From NCBI RefSeq assembly GCF_006345805.1, contig NC_043008.1, positions 51,088,001 through 51,152,000 on the forward strand: a stretch of DNA of 64,000 nt, written 5' to 3'. Both the position numbers and the translations under genes were made by a program. Each line of letters starts with the position of its first letter. Position 1 is the first letter of the stretch. The notes under the pieces are model-generated. The model was given only the letters and a program-made list of their open reading frames with translations. It was not told where the DNA came from and made no database searches. This document shows, one piece after another, positions 27,816 to 40,625 of the stretch. Source of the stretch: Octopus sinensis. Its lineage: Eukaryota.

Positions 27816-29593
27816 TATATACTCACATAAATACACACATGCATGTATACAAACATACACATACGCACACGCACACAGGCGCGAGCGTGCACACACAGGC
27901 GCACACACACAAACATATTTATACATATATATACACCTACATATATGTATATATATAATGTAGCGGGGATAAAAGTGCATATACACTCTTTCATAAATAA
28001 ATACATACATTCATACACACACACATACACAAATTTATATATGTCTTCTAAGAGAATTCTGCCATTCTACCTCCAATATATTGGTAACTCAAGCAATTCT
28101 AATTCTAATTAATCCACCACCATTTTATTAGTAAGCTGTATCAAGTCTACCAATGCACTACCATTTTCTTGTTAATTGTAACCATCCTCAATCCTACAAG
28201 ACAACCTTCATCCTGTCCGTTGCCGTATTGATTCTACCGATCCAACTTCCTTCCACTCTGTCTGTATTATTGCAATCTGGGACGGTAACTGTGTTGATAA
28301 ACAGAAAGCTAAATTCTGCTCCACATGCCTTGTTGCACAATATGCAGTTCGTCAGGTTGTTTAGCAAACATTGGAATCCATATTGATTATTTTTTTGCGT
28401 TAATAACTTTTGTGTAATGTAATAATGCCAGTGAGATAACGAAGAGGCTTTTTTTTTCCTCATTAAGATAAACAATATAGAAGATATTGTTTCCGATAAA
28501 CGTAGAGCTAGACATTTCTTAAGATGTCGGAATAGCTGTGTGATTGTGACGCTTGCACTGCAACCACAAGACTAGGCTTACAAAGAATAAGTCCTGGGGT
28601 CGATTTCTTCGACTAAATCCCTTTAAGGCGGTGCTCCAGCACAGCCGCAGTCAAGTAACTAAAACAAGCTAAAGTGTAAAGAGTATGCCTTTTCATTTGT
28701 CGGCCTGTGGTTGGTAGACGGAAATTGTATGGAAGCCCAGTTTCTGTATATCTATTATCTTTTATCTTTAATTTGTGTCAGTCATTAATCACCGCCACGC
28801 TCGAGTCGGCAGAATCGTTAACGCGCCGGATAAAATGCTGAACGACTTACCGTCCGTCTTTACGAGCTGAGTTCAAATTACGCCGAGGCCGTCTTTACTT
28901 TTCATCCTTTCGGGTTCAATAAAAGATTAACTGAACTATATAAGTTCCCGGCCTTCGTTTTGTATTGTTCGGGATAAGTATATCTGAGACTACATTCCAC
29001 AATGTCCAACTTAAAACAAAAAGAGAGTAAGACTATAATATAAGGATCTGACTGCTATTTCTCAAACTGTTGGTAAAATGCGCCAAGAACCAGCTGCGTC
29101 GTTTCTGTCTCTCCTAATGCAGGAAATATTTAGTTCTTGGTATAATCAGAGGATTTTTCATGTATAATGTCCAAAAGCCAATACGGCACCGGTCTTGGAT
29201 TCCTGTGTGACTCATTCTTCAAAAATCCCAGATAATATAATCAGGCGGATTAGCAGACGAACATATTTTCGTAAAACTATCGATCTGGTTTCGAAAAGCA
29301 ATTAATAAATGACACATTAATACCGTTTCTCAAGCGAATCACTGAGCCGTTGGTGGCGGCGGGGATAAAACCATTTTAGAAATAGATGCTAAATCCTTCC
29401 CCTATTCACACGCACATACGCACACGTTATACCAACTTAAAAGCAGAAAAGGACGCATAGAGTATAATACATATATATATATGTACAAATACATATACAA
29501 ATAAATACACACACACATCTATCTATCTGTATATCTATCTATCTAGCTATTATTTATCTCTCTATCTATCTCTCTATCTATCTATCTATTTAT

Positions 29594-29636
<43 letters not shown>

Positions 29637-29654
29637 TATATATAAATATATAAG

Positions 29655-30183
<529 letters not shown>

Positions 30184-31658
30184 TATATATATATATACTC
30201 ACACACAAACACACTTTCACACAAATTGTTTTAGGAGTTGCATGTTCTCGTTCAAAGCAAGAGAAGAAGCACAGTTTAAGACGATGTACTCAACGCATTA
30301 ACGCCATAATGCTGAGTTGGCATAAATATTTTCGAATAAAAAGTGACATGATTTTTCAACGGAATATTTTTCAAAGTGTGAAGAAAAAGCAGAAGAAACT
30401 AAATATTTTACATGAAAGTCATTGTTTTATATATATACCTTCGCCTATAAGAAATATTTTTGCAATTGTAACAAATAAATGAGCGGCGACGGAATACATA
30501 TGATGTTAAACGGTGAATATGTGACTGTGCAACTGTACCAAGGATGCAGCTACTGTGTCCGTCAGTATGTCGTGTTAGCGAAACTTGAGAAACAGTTTAA
30601 CATGGGTCCATGTTTAAAATTAATCAAAGAGGCATGCAGCTGATCGCATTTGCATAAAAGAATGGGTGGGAGTAAGTTATATATGCAGATAAAACCACAA
30701 TAAATTATATCATAACATATTAAGAGAAAATTTGAAATGTGCAGTAAATGTGTATATATGTGCGTATTTGTGTTCAAGGATTGCTATGTGTGTGTACGCA
30801 TACCTATATATATATATATATATACAGACATATATATATATAGACATATACATGCAGGCTTATATATATGCAAGTATGTATTTATGTATGTATGTAAGAT
30901 TCCATGTATGTAGACAGTTATATAGAGATGACAAGCATGCATATATGCAACGATGCTTTAAACATAGGCAAGCATTTAACAAACATTCCAATATTACTAA
31001 CAAACAAACCAAGCAGTGAAAGTGCACCTGAGGAGACAACATGTATAATAAATATACGTATACATAAAATATACACTCACACATACGCTTACACTCACAC
31101 TCACATACATTAAACACTTTATATATATACATATATATATACAAACATATATACACACATATATATATATTCATATACATATGTCAACATATATACGTAC
31201 GACAGTGTGTGTATATGTATAATTATCTATACATATACGTACACATATATTCGTGCGTATATAGATATGTGAGCATACATACCTATATATATATATATAT
31301 ATTATATATATATATATATATATATGCATATATATATATATATTATATATATATGTTTATATATATATATGTATGGATGTATGTATGTATATATAACTGT
31401 ATATATATATATATATACATATATATACCTACATATCTATATATGTATAGATACATGCATATATATATATATATGCATGTATCTATACATATAATTTTGT
31501 TTATATATACTCAAAAATATGTATGCTGTTACATAGAAAGCTAACATGATTTTTATGAGAAAATAATGACTTGGCATAATGATAAATTGCACATAGAATA
31601 TACTTACATCATACTATTTATGTGTATACATTAATATATATACACATATATATATATA

Positions 31659-31725
<67 letters not shown>

Positions 31726-32029
31726 CAGGATCTCCACCAGCATTGTATGTCAATTAAGTTTCACTTAAAAACATTTCATTTCATAAGTTCATGTTACCTG
31801 AAATATTTTTTCATAACATGGTAAGTCGTCATAATATCACGACGAAAACAAACTATTTATTGTTATGCCTATGTGAAGACAAGTGATTTGTGTTTTTATT
31901 CATTTATTCATTTATTCATTTATTTATATGTGTGGCAAATTTGATTCGATGATAGTTCCGTTTTTTTATTAAATCCAGTCATTAAATAGCTGGGTTTTTT
32001 TTCTTACTTTCATACATCTAAGAAATGGT

Positions 32030-32165
32030 CCACAACTACAAGGTTTTGGGTTCAGTGCCACTGCAGTGCATCTTGGGCAAGTGCCTTTTACTATAGATCC
32101 GAATCTGGCCAAAGGCTCGTGAGTGGATTTGGTAAGAGGAAACTGAAAGAAGCTCGTCGTATAAA

Positions 32166-32230
<65 letters not shown>

Positions 32231-32510
32231 GTATGTATGTATGTGTGTGTGTGTTTGAGCACTCGTGTTTGTCTTTGCGTTTGCGTTAGCGTTTGTCCCC
32301 CCCACCACCACCACTACTTGACAACCGATGTTGGTTTGTTAACGTACTCGCAACATATGTCTACGACATAATTATGACAAGAATGATAAGTGTTATATAT
32401 TAGAAACACTTAAATAATGGATTCGATTTGTTCGAGTAAATACTTGATACTGGTGCCCCAGAATGGCTGCAGTGCAATGACTGGAACATGTGCACGATAA
32501 AAGGTAAAGG
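32030..32510 (+). mobile_element. SINE family A (diverged)
   Basis: gggttcagtgccactgc, cttgggcaagtg, gtgagtggatttggtaa, ttgacaaccgatgttgg. Confidence 0.8.
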
Positions 32511-32737
32511 TTGCTTTATTCCACATTCAATAAATTCTATGTAATTAAACTGACGTTGTCTCTACTGTGCGTTTATTTTCGAGAATAATGATCGTTCTCG
32601 TGAAATGAGTATAAGCTTATTTACTCTAAAATGAACTGGTTTTCTACATCACGTATTATAGTTCCGAATTGACTGATAATCTTTTGGATATATGCATCCC
32701 TGAGTAGTTTTTACCTGCCATTATATGTAACAATATA

Positions 32738-33425
32738 AAGGCGGCAAGCTGGCAGGATCGTTAGGGCGCTCGATGAAATACATACCAGTATTTTGCCCGT
32801 CGCTACGTTTTGAGTTCAAATTCCGCCGAGGTCGACTTTGCCTTTCATCCTCTCGAGGTTGATAAAGTATGTACCAGTTTAGTACTGGGGTCTATGTAAT
32901 CGACTCATCCCCTCCCCAAAATTGCTGCATTGTTGTAAAATTTGAAACCATTTATCCAACGATATATTTTAAAACTGTATTTGACTTCTACATTAATTAG
33001 TTACATGTTATTAATATTTAGAAACTGTGAGCAAGTCAGACAAGGAATTTTAGGGGTTCTTTACATTTTCAATTCAAATTCTACCGAGGTCATATTTGCG
33101 TTTTATCTTTCCGTGTTTATGAAATATATACCAGTTGTTCATTGAGGGTTGATGTAATTGACTTAACTGGTGCCCCGAAATTGCTGGTCTCGTATCAAAA
33201 TTTGAAACCGATAATGCTTGTAAAATTAAGGCGGTGAGGCGGCCGAGTCGTTAGCACGCCGGGCAAAATGCCGTTATGATTTGAGTTCAAATTCTGTCGA
33301 GATGATCCATATTTACATTTCATTCTTTCAAGGTCGATTAAATAAATACCAGTTGGTCAACGGATTCGATACATTTGAAGTCTCCTTTCCGCTGAATTTC
33401 TGGGCTTGTGATAAAATTAGAAAAA
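32738..33425 (+). mobile_element. Cluster of three diverged SINE family B copies
   Basis: aaggcggcaagctggcag...gagttcaaattccgccgaggtcgactttgcctttcatcc; weaker copies at about 33060 and 33227. Confidence 0.75.
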
Positions 33426-33947
33426 AAATCATTTAGAAATTGCGTCTGTAACAAATTGTCGACTGGAATTTCAAAATGTTTGGCGGTTCATTAGAGCCCT
33501 AATTTACTTTCATTATTTCAATTTTGATTAAAATTAATGCTGAGATGATTGTGTAGACGTAGAACAATCCTAATTTTGTAGCACTACAGTCAAATGCATT
33601 CCCCCGTGACCATCCAGTTTTCTTTAAAAGTATCTTAGTCTACGTTATCTGATTGTTCTGTTGTCTACTTTAAAGACAACACCATGAGATTCGAGCGAGA
33701 TTTAGCTGTTGTTTCTTACAATTAGAGCTACGAACAAACGCAGGAGCTTTCTCGTTATCTCCATCGGTACCAGCTTTCCCATACACACACAAATAAGTTC
33801 ATGTTCTATAAGAATGTACTGACCTTTTATGATTCAACCAGATTTTTTTCAAACAGACATACACATACACACACACATACACACACACACATACACGAGT
33901 GCCCACGCACCACCATATGTGGATATGTTTGTGCGTTGTAAGTTGAT

Positions 33948-33978
<31 letters not shown>

Positions 33979-34052
33979 TATATATATATATATGTATATG
34001 TATATATATATATTTATATACATACACATACATATGTAAACATACACACAAA

Positions 34053-34217
34053 GGCGCAGGAGTAGCTGTGTGGTAAGTAGCTTGCTTACTAACCACATGG
34101 TTCCGGGCTCAGTCCCACTGCGTGGCATCTTGGGCAAGTGTCTTCAACTATAGCCACGGGCTGACCAAACCCTTGTGAGTGGATTTGGTAGACGGAAACT
34201 GAAAGAAGCCTGTCGTA

Positions 34218-34264
<47 letters not shown>

Positions 34265-34490
34265 ATGTATGTGTATATATGTATGTCCGTGTTTCCCTCC
34301 CCAACATCGCTTGACAACCGATGCTGGTGTGTTTACGTTCCCGTAACTTAGCGGTTCGGCATAAGTCACCGATATAATAAGTACTAGGCTTACAAAGAAT
34401 AAGCCCCGGGGTCGATTTGCTCGACTCAAAGCAGATGGTCCAGCATGGCCGCAGTCAAATGACTGATACAGGAACAAGAGTAAAAGGGGA
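34053..34490 (+). mobile_element. SINE family A, full length
   Basis: High similarity to the 22273 copy. Confidence 0.95.
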
Positions 34491-35260
34491 AAAGAGAGTA
34501 CATGTACACACACATACAAACACACGTATACACATACACACATATACTTGTATTTATACGATAAATTGGCTCAAATCAGCTTCATTCATACACATGAGAT
34601 AACACTTTACGATAATTTCACATCCATCTCACCAGACCCCACTCACCAATAATTGTTCATTCTGGAATTCATCATCGGCCATTATTTCACTTTCTCTTCC
34701 ATATTTTCCCCTCAATGTTATTTCATCCAGATTAATTATTAAGATAAAAAGTTTTACAAAAACCATCTCCAGAAATGCTTCCTTGTTTCCCCACAGTCTT
34801 TGAGTGGTTTCCAACTGTGGTTTTACATTAGGGATTGACAGTATGACCTACCAATTTCTCTCGTTCCTAATGGTAAGTTGTCATTTTAATGACATCGAGA
34901 AGTTCAAATCATTATTCTTTGTGTTTCATCTCGGAAAAATACGTGTGTTAGAAAACAAAACATTTTCGCACTGAAAGATCGAAGGAGATCACAGCCGGGC
35001 TCACACACACACACACACACGTACACTATGTGCTTGTGAGCACATACACATGCACGCGCATAGAGATGCACAAACGGAATGCCTGAAGAATTTGTAGGTT
35101 TGATGTTAAGTAACAATTTTGTCCTACTAAGTGCAAGTTGTGAGTGAATAGTTCACAGTAGCATCACTATACAAACTCCCTGCAGTTATGATTCCGCTTA
35201 TCTATATCTCTATGTATCTAACTGTCTACCTATTTACCCCCTCTCTTTATCTCTGTATAT

Positions 35261-35309
<49 letters not shown>

Positions 35310-35468
35310 TATACACGCATTTATATATACGTATATGTCGATCCATCTGTCCTTCTTTCTCCCTATTCTCATTTTTTCTCTCCCTCCTCCTCTCTATATT
35401 TGTACAATTGTATATCTGCCTCTCAATCAATCAATCAATCAATCTATCTATCTATCTATCTATCTATA

Positions 35469-35505
<37 letters not shown>

Positions 35506-36086
35506 GTTTATCTACCTTTCTCTATGTATTTCAAAATCTTTGTTTCTGCATATTTTTACGCTCGTAGTAAAATGGTAAGAGTGCAATAGCTATCATTCAC
35601 CCAAGTTATAGAATGCTTATATGGTAAGAATGCTTATAGAAGTTATATGGTAAGCTCTTATTGTGATTTCAGTCATTGTGAGAAGGCATACTCAAAGCAG
35701 TGTTTTGTTTTCACCAGTTTACTCATGAAGGCATTCGTAAGAACGTAATATACAAATATATAGTTAGAACTCTGGCAGACGCATTTGTATATAATTGTGC
35801 GACAGCCGAATGCGTCAGAAGTCGACATCGAAACCACTCTATATTGTTTAAAAACATTAACAAGAGACACTACACATCACTCGCCTAATTCGTTTGGAAA
35901 CTTACGGAAGGTAGTCTAAAACTGCATCAGATAGAAGGTAATAAAAAGTGCATATCCATGCACATCTTTATACCCGTCCGAGTACTCAGATACACATCAA
36001 CAATCGCCATGTCCGCTCCCTTCCTTCTTAACTCCCCATTAGAACCGCATCCATACTTAGTCCCTAACGCAATCACCCGTTTCTCT

Positions 36087-36124
<38 letters not shown>

Positions 36125-36592
36125 GAGTTTAATCTAACTCAATGAAAAGAACCAAACCCACCGACCGTTTATCCGGCTGCAGCATCCCTATCGTAGAAAT
36201 TTATTTCTTATCAATTTCATTCCCTCAGTATGTTCATTCGAACTGCAAGAAATAGCAACCAAGATCTCCCTCAAATATTACACTTCTGTTTAAAAGGAAT
36301 TATGTCTACATTGAATAGTGTAGTTTTTGAGACATTAAAATTTAAAAACAGGATGGTTGGTCATGGCTGGAATGCAAAAGCCGAGGATAATATACGTAAA
36401 TATTTCATCGAGCTTTGGACATGTTTACAATTAAATGAACGCCGAGCAGATTTGTTATCTCCTTGCGGGTTATTCTTAGTGTGTTTCAGGTCATGAACTT
36501 ATGAACTTTGAACTTTGACATACTGATGCACTGGTGGGGTAAAAAAAAATTTGGAAACAAAACATTAAAAAATGACAATAAACAAAGAAGAT

Positions 36593-36598
36593 TCTCAC
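36593..36598 (-). promoter_or_regulatory. 5' splice donor of the nAChR exon
   Basis: CAG|GTGAGA on the minus strand. Confidence 0.9.
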
Positions 36599-36643
36599 CT
36601 GTCTAAGCCAGACATTTGTAGTCATAATTTGATTCTTCTCATC
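36599..36643 (-). CDS. Internal 45-bp coding exon of a nicotinic acetylcholine receptor (Cys-loop ligand-gated ion channel) subunit, probably alpha-type; subunit not identifiable
   Basis: Minus strand reads tttgtttcag|GAT GAG AAG AAT CAA ATT ATG ACT ACA AAT GTC TGG CTT AGA CAG|gtgaga = DEKNQIMTTNVWLRQ. This matches the nAChR loop-D motif (V)DEKNQxxTTNxWL and the conserved 45-nt phase 0/0 exon. Too short for the ORF track. Confidence 0.95.
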
Positions 36644-36675
36644 CTGAAACAAACAAACAAAAATATATCAGTTAG
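36644..36675 (-). promoter_or_regulatory. Branch point, pyrimidine tract and 3' splice site of the nAChR exon
   Basis: Minus strand CTAAC (36675-36671), then tgatatatttttgtttgtttgtttCAG. Confidence 0.85.
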
Positions 36676-36747
36676 CAGACGAAGGAAGATTTAATTTCAT
36701 TTAATATAAACTATTCTCTTCTTTTTTTCTTTTCTTTTACAAATATA

Positions 36748-37862
36748 GGCGCACATGCGTTGCTGAGTGGTAAAGAAGCTTGCATCCGAAGGCTACAGGA
36801 GAGAAGGAACATCTTCCGGAAAACACGGAGGAACTCCACTCTCCCGTGGCTCAAGGAAAAAAAAGAAGAAAAAGAAAAACAGAACATTGCCGGCGATTTG
36901 TGACACACTGCTGGCGTGTCCTGAAGCACCTTCGGTGGGAGTTGTGCAACCGAAGGTAGAAACTGTAGGCCCTTCCCATGCTAAGGATGAGGAATTTGTG
37001 ATCCTCTTCCATAAGGGAGGGGCGCTGGAAAGCTTCGTTAAGAATTTTAAAAAGAAAAGCTGGAGGGAAAGGATTCTATCTTGCACTGAGGACCCTGACT
37101 GGCCTTCGCAGGTGGCTGCGGAGGTCATATGGGAGACCGATCTGTGCAGGGTGATGAACTCCTTCCCCGAGGGCACTTTTAGATTTATGTTAAAGTGGCC
37201 CGACTTGGTATCGTCTAGGTGCTTGAATGAGACGAGGAACCTGGTCGGGCATGAATGTTCAAAATAATGGTAAGGGGCTTAGTGCCTCATTTTTGTTATT
37301 GAATTATAAAAAAATGTAAGAGGTTTGTTGCCTCGTAAATGAAATATAAAAGAGCAATGTCCTCGGGTAAGCAGCAATCGGCGGGCGTTGTTTGTTGCCC
37401 TCATTTATCATCATTTTCATTTGCTATTTCAAAATACATTATGCTTATGTCCAGCCCACAGCTTCCCTTCTATGTAAAGCCTTTATGGCCAATATTATGA
37501 ATAAAGAAGCTTATACCCCAACGACAAGGTTTCAGGTTCAGACACACTGCGTGGTACATTGGGCAAATGTCTCTTTCTATAGCCTCGGGTCGACTAAATT
37601 CTTGTTAGTGGATTTAGTAGATGGAAACTGAAAGAAGCCCGCCGTATTTATATATATGTATGTGTGTGTGTTGTCCCCCCACCAACGCTTGACAACCGAT
37701 GTTGGTGTGTTTATGTCCCCGTAATTAGCAGTTCGGCAAAAGAGACCAATAGAATAAGTACTAGGCTTACAAAGAATAAGTCCTGGGGTCGATTTGTTCT
37801 ACTAAAGCTGGTGCTCCAGCATGGCCACTGTCAAATGAGTGAACCCATAAAAGAATATAAGA

Positions 37863-37865
<3 letters not shown>
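36748..37865 (+). mobile_element. SINE family A split in its tRNA head by a 720-bp insertion
   Basis: Head ggcgcac...tggtaaagaagctt stops at 36781 and resumes at 37502 (taaagaagctt...caggttcagac...). Confidence 0.85.
36782..37501 (+). mobile_element. TSD-flanked insertion carrying a 5'-truncated ORF of about 160 codons (unclassified retroelement, possibly L1/Tx1 ORF1-like)
   Basis: TAAAGAAGCTT at 36771-36781 and 37502-37512. GC-richer, stop-free frame to 37267 with a poly-Lys stretch. AATAAA at the 3' junction. Confidence 0.7.
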
Positions 37866-37900
<35 letters not shown>

Positions 37901-37902
<2 letters not shown>

Positions 37903-38090
37903 TGTGATCACGTGACCGACCAGACTATCAGGTGCTCTTACAGACTGCTGGTCACAATGCGCTTTTGCATTGTTTAGCAGCGAATGACGTCATTCCCATT
38001 CCCTTCTGACCGAAAGTGGGGAATGGAACCATATGAACTGAAGTGTTTTGCTCAGTAACACAACGTACCACCACTAGGCCACGCGCCTTC
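37901..38090 (-). mobile_element. Internally deleted tRNA-SINE with a family D-type tail
   Basis: Tail gatcacgtgaccgaccagactatcag...tggtcacaatgcgc is the reverse complement of 43950-44015; head remnant ccactaggccacgcgccttc. Confidence 0.65.
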
Positions 38091-38448
38091 ATACAAACCC
38101 CACACATATATACAAGTACTCCATGCATCGATCTCCATCCCTCAGCCAGCTCATAACTCTTCTCTCATTCGCCATCCCTCATCTTTTGTCTCCCCCCTCT
38201 CAGAATCTTGTCTATTATGCCGAACGTCAAACACAATTTATTCAACCGCAAATTTGCAATTAGATCCGGCAGCCAATATGACGTGGTCACATTATAATTT
38301 ACAATAGATGCTCTATGGACATTATGTGTTTGCTGCAGTTGGTACCAGCGTTGATGGTATGAAGATGGGGCTGACTATTGTGGTAATGTTCTCCTGTTTT
38401 GGTAGACTATTATTATTATAATCATAATAATTATTATTGTCTTCATTT

Positions 38449-38521
<73 letters not shown>

Positions 38522-38533
38522 CATCATCATTAT

Positions 38534-38940
38534 TGAGAGAGAGAGAGTAGGGCATGCCATCAAAAATACACTAGGGTAAAATATACGAAACCCAGTATAC
38601 CCATCATGATTACCCGTCTGATAAGAGTACACTAGGCACATGCATCACAACCATATGTGCGCGACATGGTGATCTCATATCAAGATAAACAGCACATGTC
38701 CTTGCAGGTGGGGCCCAGTTAGAATTTTCTTCGGGTCGAGTAACCCATCCCACTGAAAAGGTCTCTGAATAAGAGTTGTTTAAGGATGTTGAACGAAATA
38801 CCCATGTTTCCAGAGGTGAATTATTCAAACCCCAAAGAATACCTCTCAACACATGGCTATGATGTCCCCCACTACTTCTGCTCGTGACCAGAGATACACA
38901 TATCGTCAGCCACTAAGGGACATGCTCAACTGGTTAAGGT
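38534..38940 (-). mobile_element. Non-coding retroposon, family E, abutting an (ATT)n array; may extend to about 39070
   Basis: Colinear with 54631-55029. Strand inferred from the (TAA)n tail. Confidence 0.75.
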
Positions 38941-39069
38941 CAAACAAATCTGTGGTAGTGAGCAGAATATTTGTTCTATCTCAGCTTTTATGCCAAGACA
39001 AAGCAATATACATGATAACATGTTCAATCAGTTATGATCAGAAGACACGAGAGCCAGTGTCTGGTACTG

Positions 39070-39266
39070 ATGATAGAAGGACAGAATGGACTAAGCGGTG
39101 CAAGAACACACACGAGGACGGTAAGTGTCGATGAAGGGTTCACACATGTGTGACGAAAGATTTGCGGACAATGGACATGAGTAGAATAAGACCAGTAATA
39201 AACGAGTGAAGAGTGAATATATAGTGTATGTGTTTATTTGCCCCCGCCCCATTCCGAAATACAACT
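39070..39266 (+). mobile_element. Probable 3' part of an LTR
   Basis: AATAAA, then the terminus ccattccgaaatacaac shared with the TG...CA element at 50737-50789. Left boundary uncertain. Confidence 0.45.
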
Positions 39267-39301
39267 ATATAGATATATATAGATATACATACATACATAC
39301 A

Positions 39302-39337
<36 letters not shown>

Positions 39338-39929
39338 TATATACATAAATATGTATCGATAGATAGATAGATAGATATACATGTACATACACCCACATGT
39401 ACACACACATACATGTTAAACATGACCTTGGAACCTACGCTTAATATCACGTGCTGGTGCCGAGAGACCAACTGTGAGTATTTTATTCACTTTATATCCA
39501 CCAACGTGTATTCTATTAGACAAACGTCAGAATATTTTATCGTTAAAGGTCAATATATTATATCGATAATCTAATATTTTCTTACATCATTTATTTTTTG
39601 CACGATACCGAATAGTAGATAAAACATTTAATCCATCATCCTGTTTGATACTATCACGGTCACGTGACCTTTAGTGTACCTTAATCCGGGTACCATTCGG
39701 CTTAACATTTCTGGTTCGAAATTCAATTTATATTTTCGTTATCTCGTCGACCGGAAGTCCGGGTACTGCTTGTTGACGTCACACACCATGTCGAAACACA
39801 GGCGTCCCAGAATCCCTTGCTTATACGCCTTGGAAACAAGGTGTATAACTGACGTAAAGAAAATATTCCCTTTGAACGAGATACCTGTCCCCTGCAGGTT
39901 TAAAGAGCAGAAATCATTTGAGGCGAATA

Positions 39930-40310
39930 AGCAAGTCGATTACATCAACCCCAGCACTCCACGAGTACTTCAAGTTGGTTACCCCGAAGGGTTGAAAGCA
40001 AACTTGGCCTTGATTGGATTTGAAATCGCAACCTCAATACCGCAAGAAATGTCGCTAAACTTTTTACCCGACGTACTAAATATTCTGTCAGCGGGCCGTC
40101 CGCCCGCCCGCTAATGTAATATAGTTCTTTCTAAATTTGTAACAAGAACAGTAATTCTAAGGAGAGGATGAAGTCGATTAAATAAGGCCCTGGATTACCA
40201 ACTCAGAAGGGATGAAAGGCAAAGTCAACCTCGGTGACTATTGAACTCAGAACGTAAAAACAGAAGAAATGCCGCGTAACATTTTGTCCGGCGCGATCCT
40301 CATCCTCCTA
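39930..40310 (-). mobile_element. Two diverged SINE family B copies
   Basis: aagtcgattacatcaacccc and gatgaaaggcaaagtcaacctcgg...ttgaactcagaacg. Confidence 0.7.
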
Positions 40311-40385
40311 GCTCTGTAATGAAACAATTTACCGTATTTGAAACCATATAAGACGGACACTTTATAATTTTTTTTAAATAAAAAG

Positions 40386-40625
40386 ACAATTGCAGCGTGG
40401 AAGGTGTTTATAAGCCATTTAAGAAACACACAAAAACCGTTAGATTCACTTCAACATTTAAATTTAATTTGTCAAAATATGTTCGTCGCTTTGAGACCGC
40501 GACCTGTTCACTGACAAAACTTCGTGCTGCACGAATTTTGTCAGCACAAAGTTTTTTTGAAATGAATCTAACGGTTTTTGTGTGTTTCTTAAATGGCGTA
40601 TAAACACCTTCCATGCTGCAATTGT
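40386..40625. mobile_element. Fold-back element, 68-bp arms with 3 mismatches (head-to-head Penelope-like terminal repeats)
   Basis: 40386-40453 versus 40558-40625, with an inner hairpin ctgacaaaa...ttttgtcag (40511-40544). Confidence 0.85.
40468..40518 (-). ncRNA. Minimal type-I hammerhead-ribozyme-like motif with variant core
   Basis: UUUGUCA-GUGAACA-G-GUCGC-ggucucaaa-GCGAC-GAA-CAUAUU-U-UGACAAA: 7-bp stem I, 5-bp stem II, G3:C8 in place of C3:G8, near-palindromic stem III. Position 15.1 is C rather than A. Confidence 0.6.

Noticed and set aside
28194-28475. Cys-containing 93-aa minus ORF
   Set aside because: No recognisable domain or splice boundaries; cannot be told from chance.
34629-34814. 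Strong donor TTG|GTGAGT at 34646 with an open frame
   Set aside because: No matching acceptor and no nAChR similarity.
34904-34935. DETQRIMI* on minus, resembling a duplicate of the DEKNQIMT exon
   Set aside because: No in-phase AG acceptor, a stop after 8 codons and no donor; likely coincidence.
36298-36310. 12/13-nt match that could pair with the exon as an editing-complementary sequence
   Set aside because: Too short, and it lies in an old dispersed repeat, so chance is likely.
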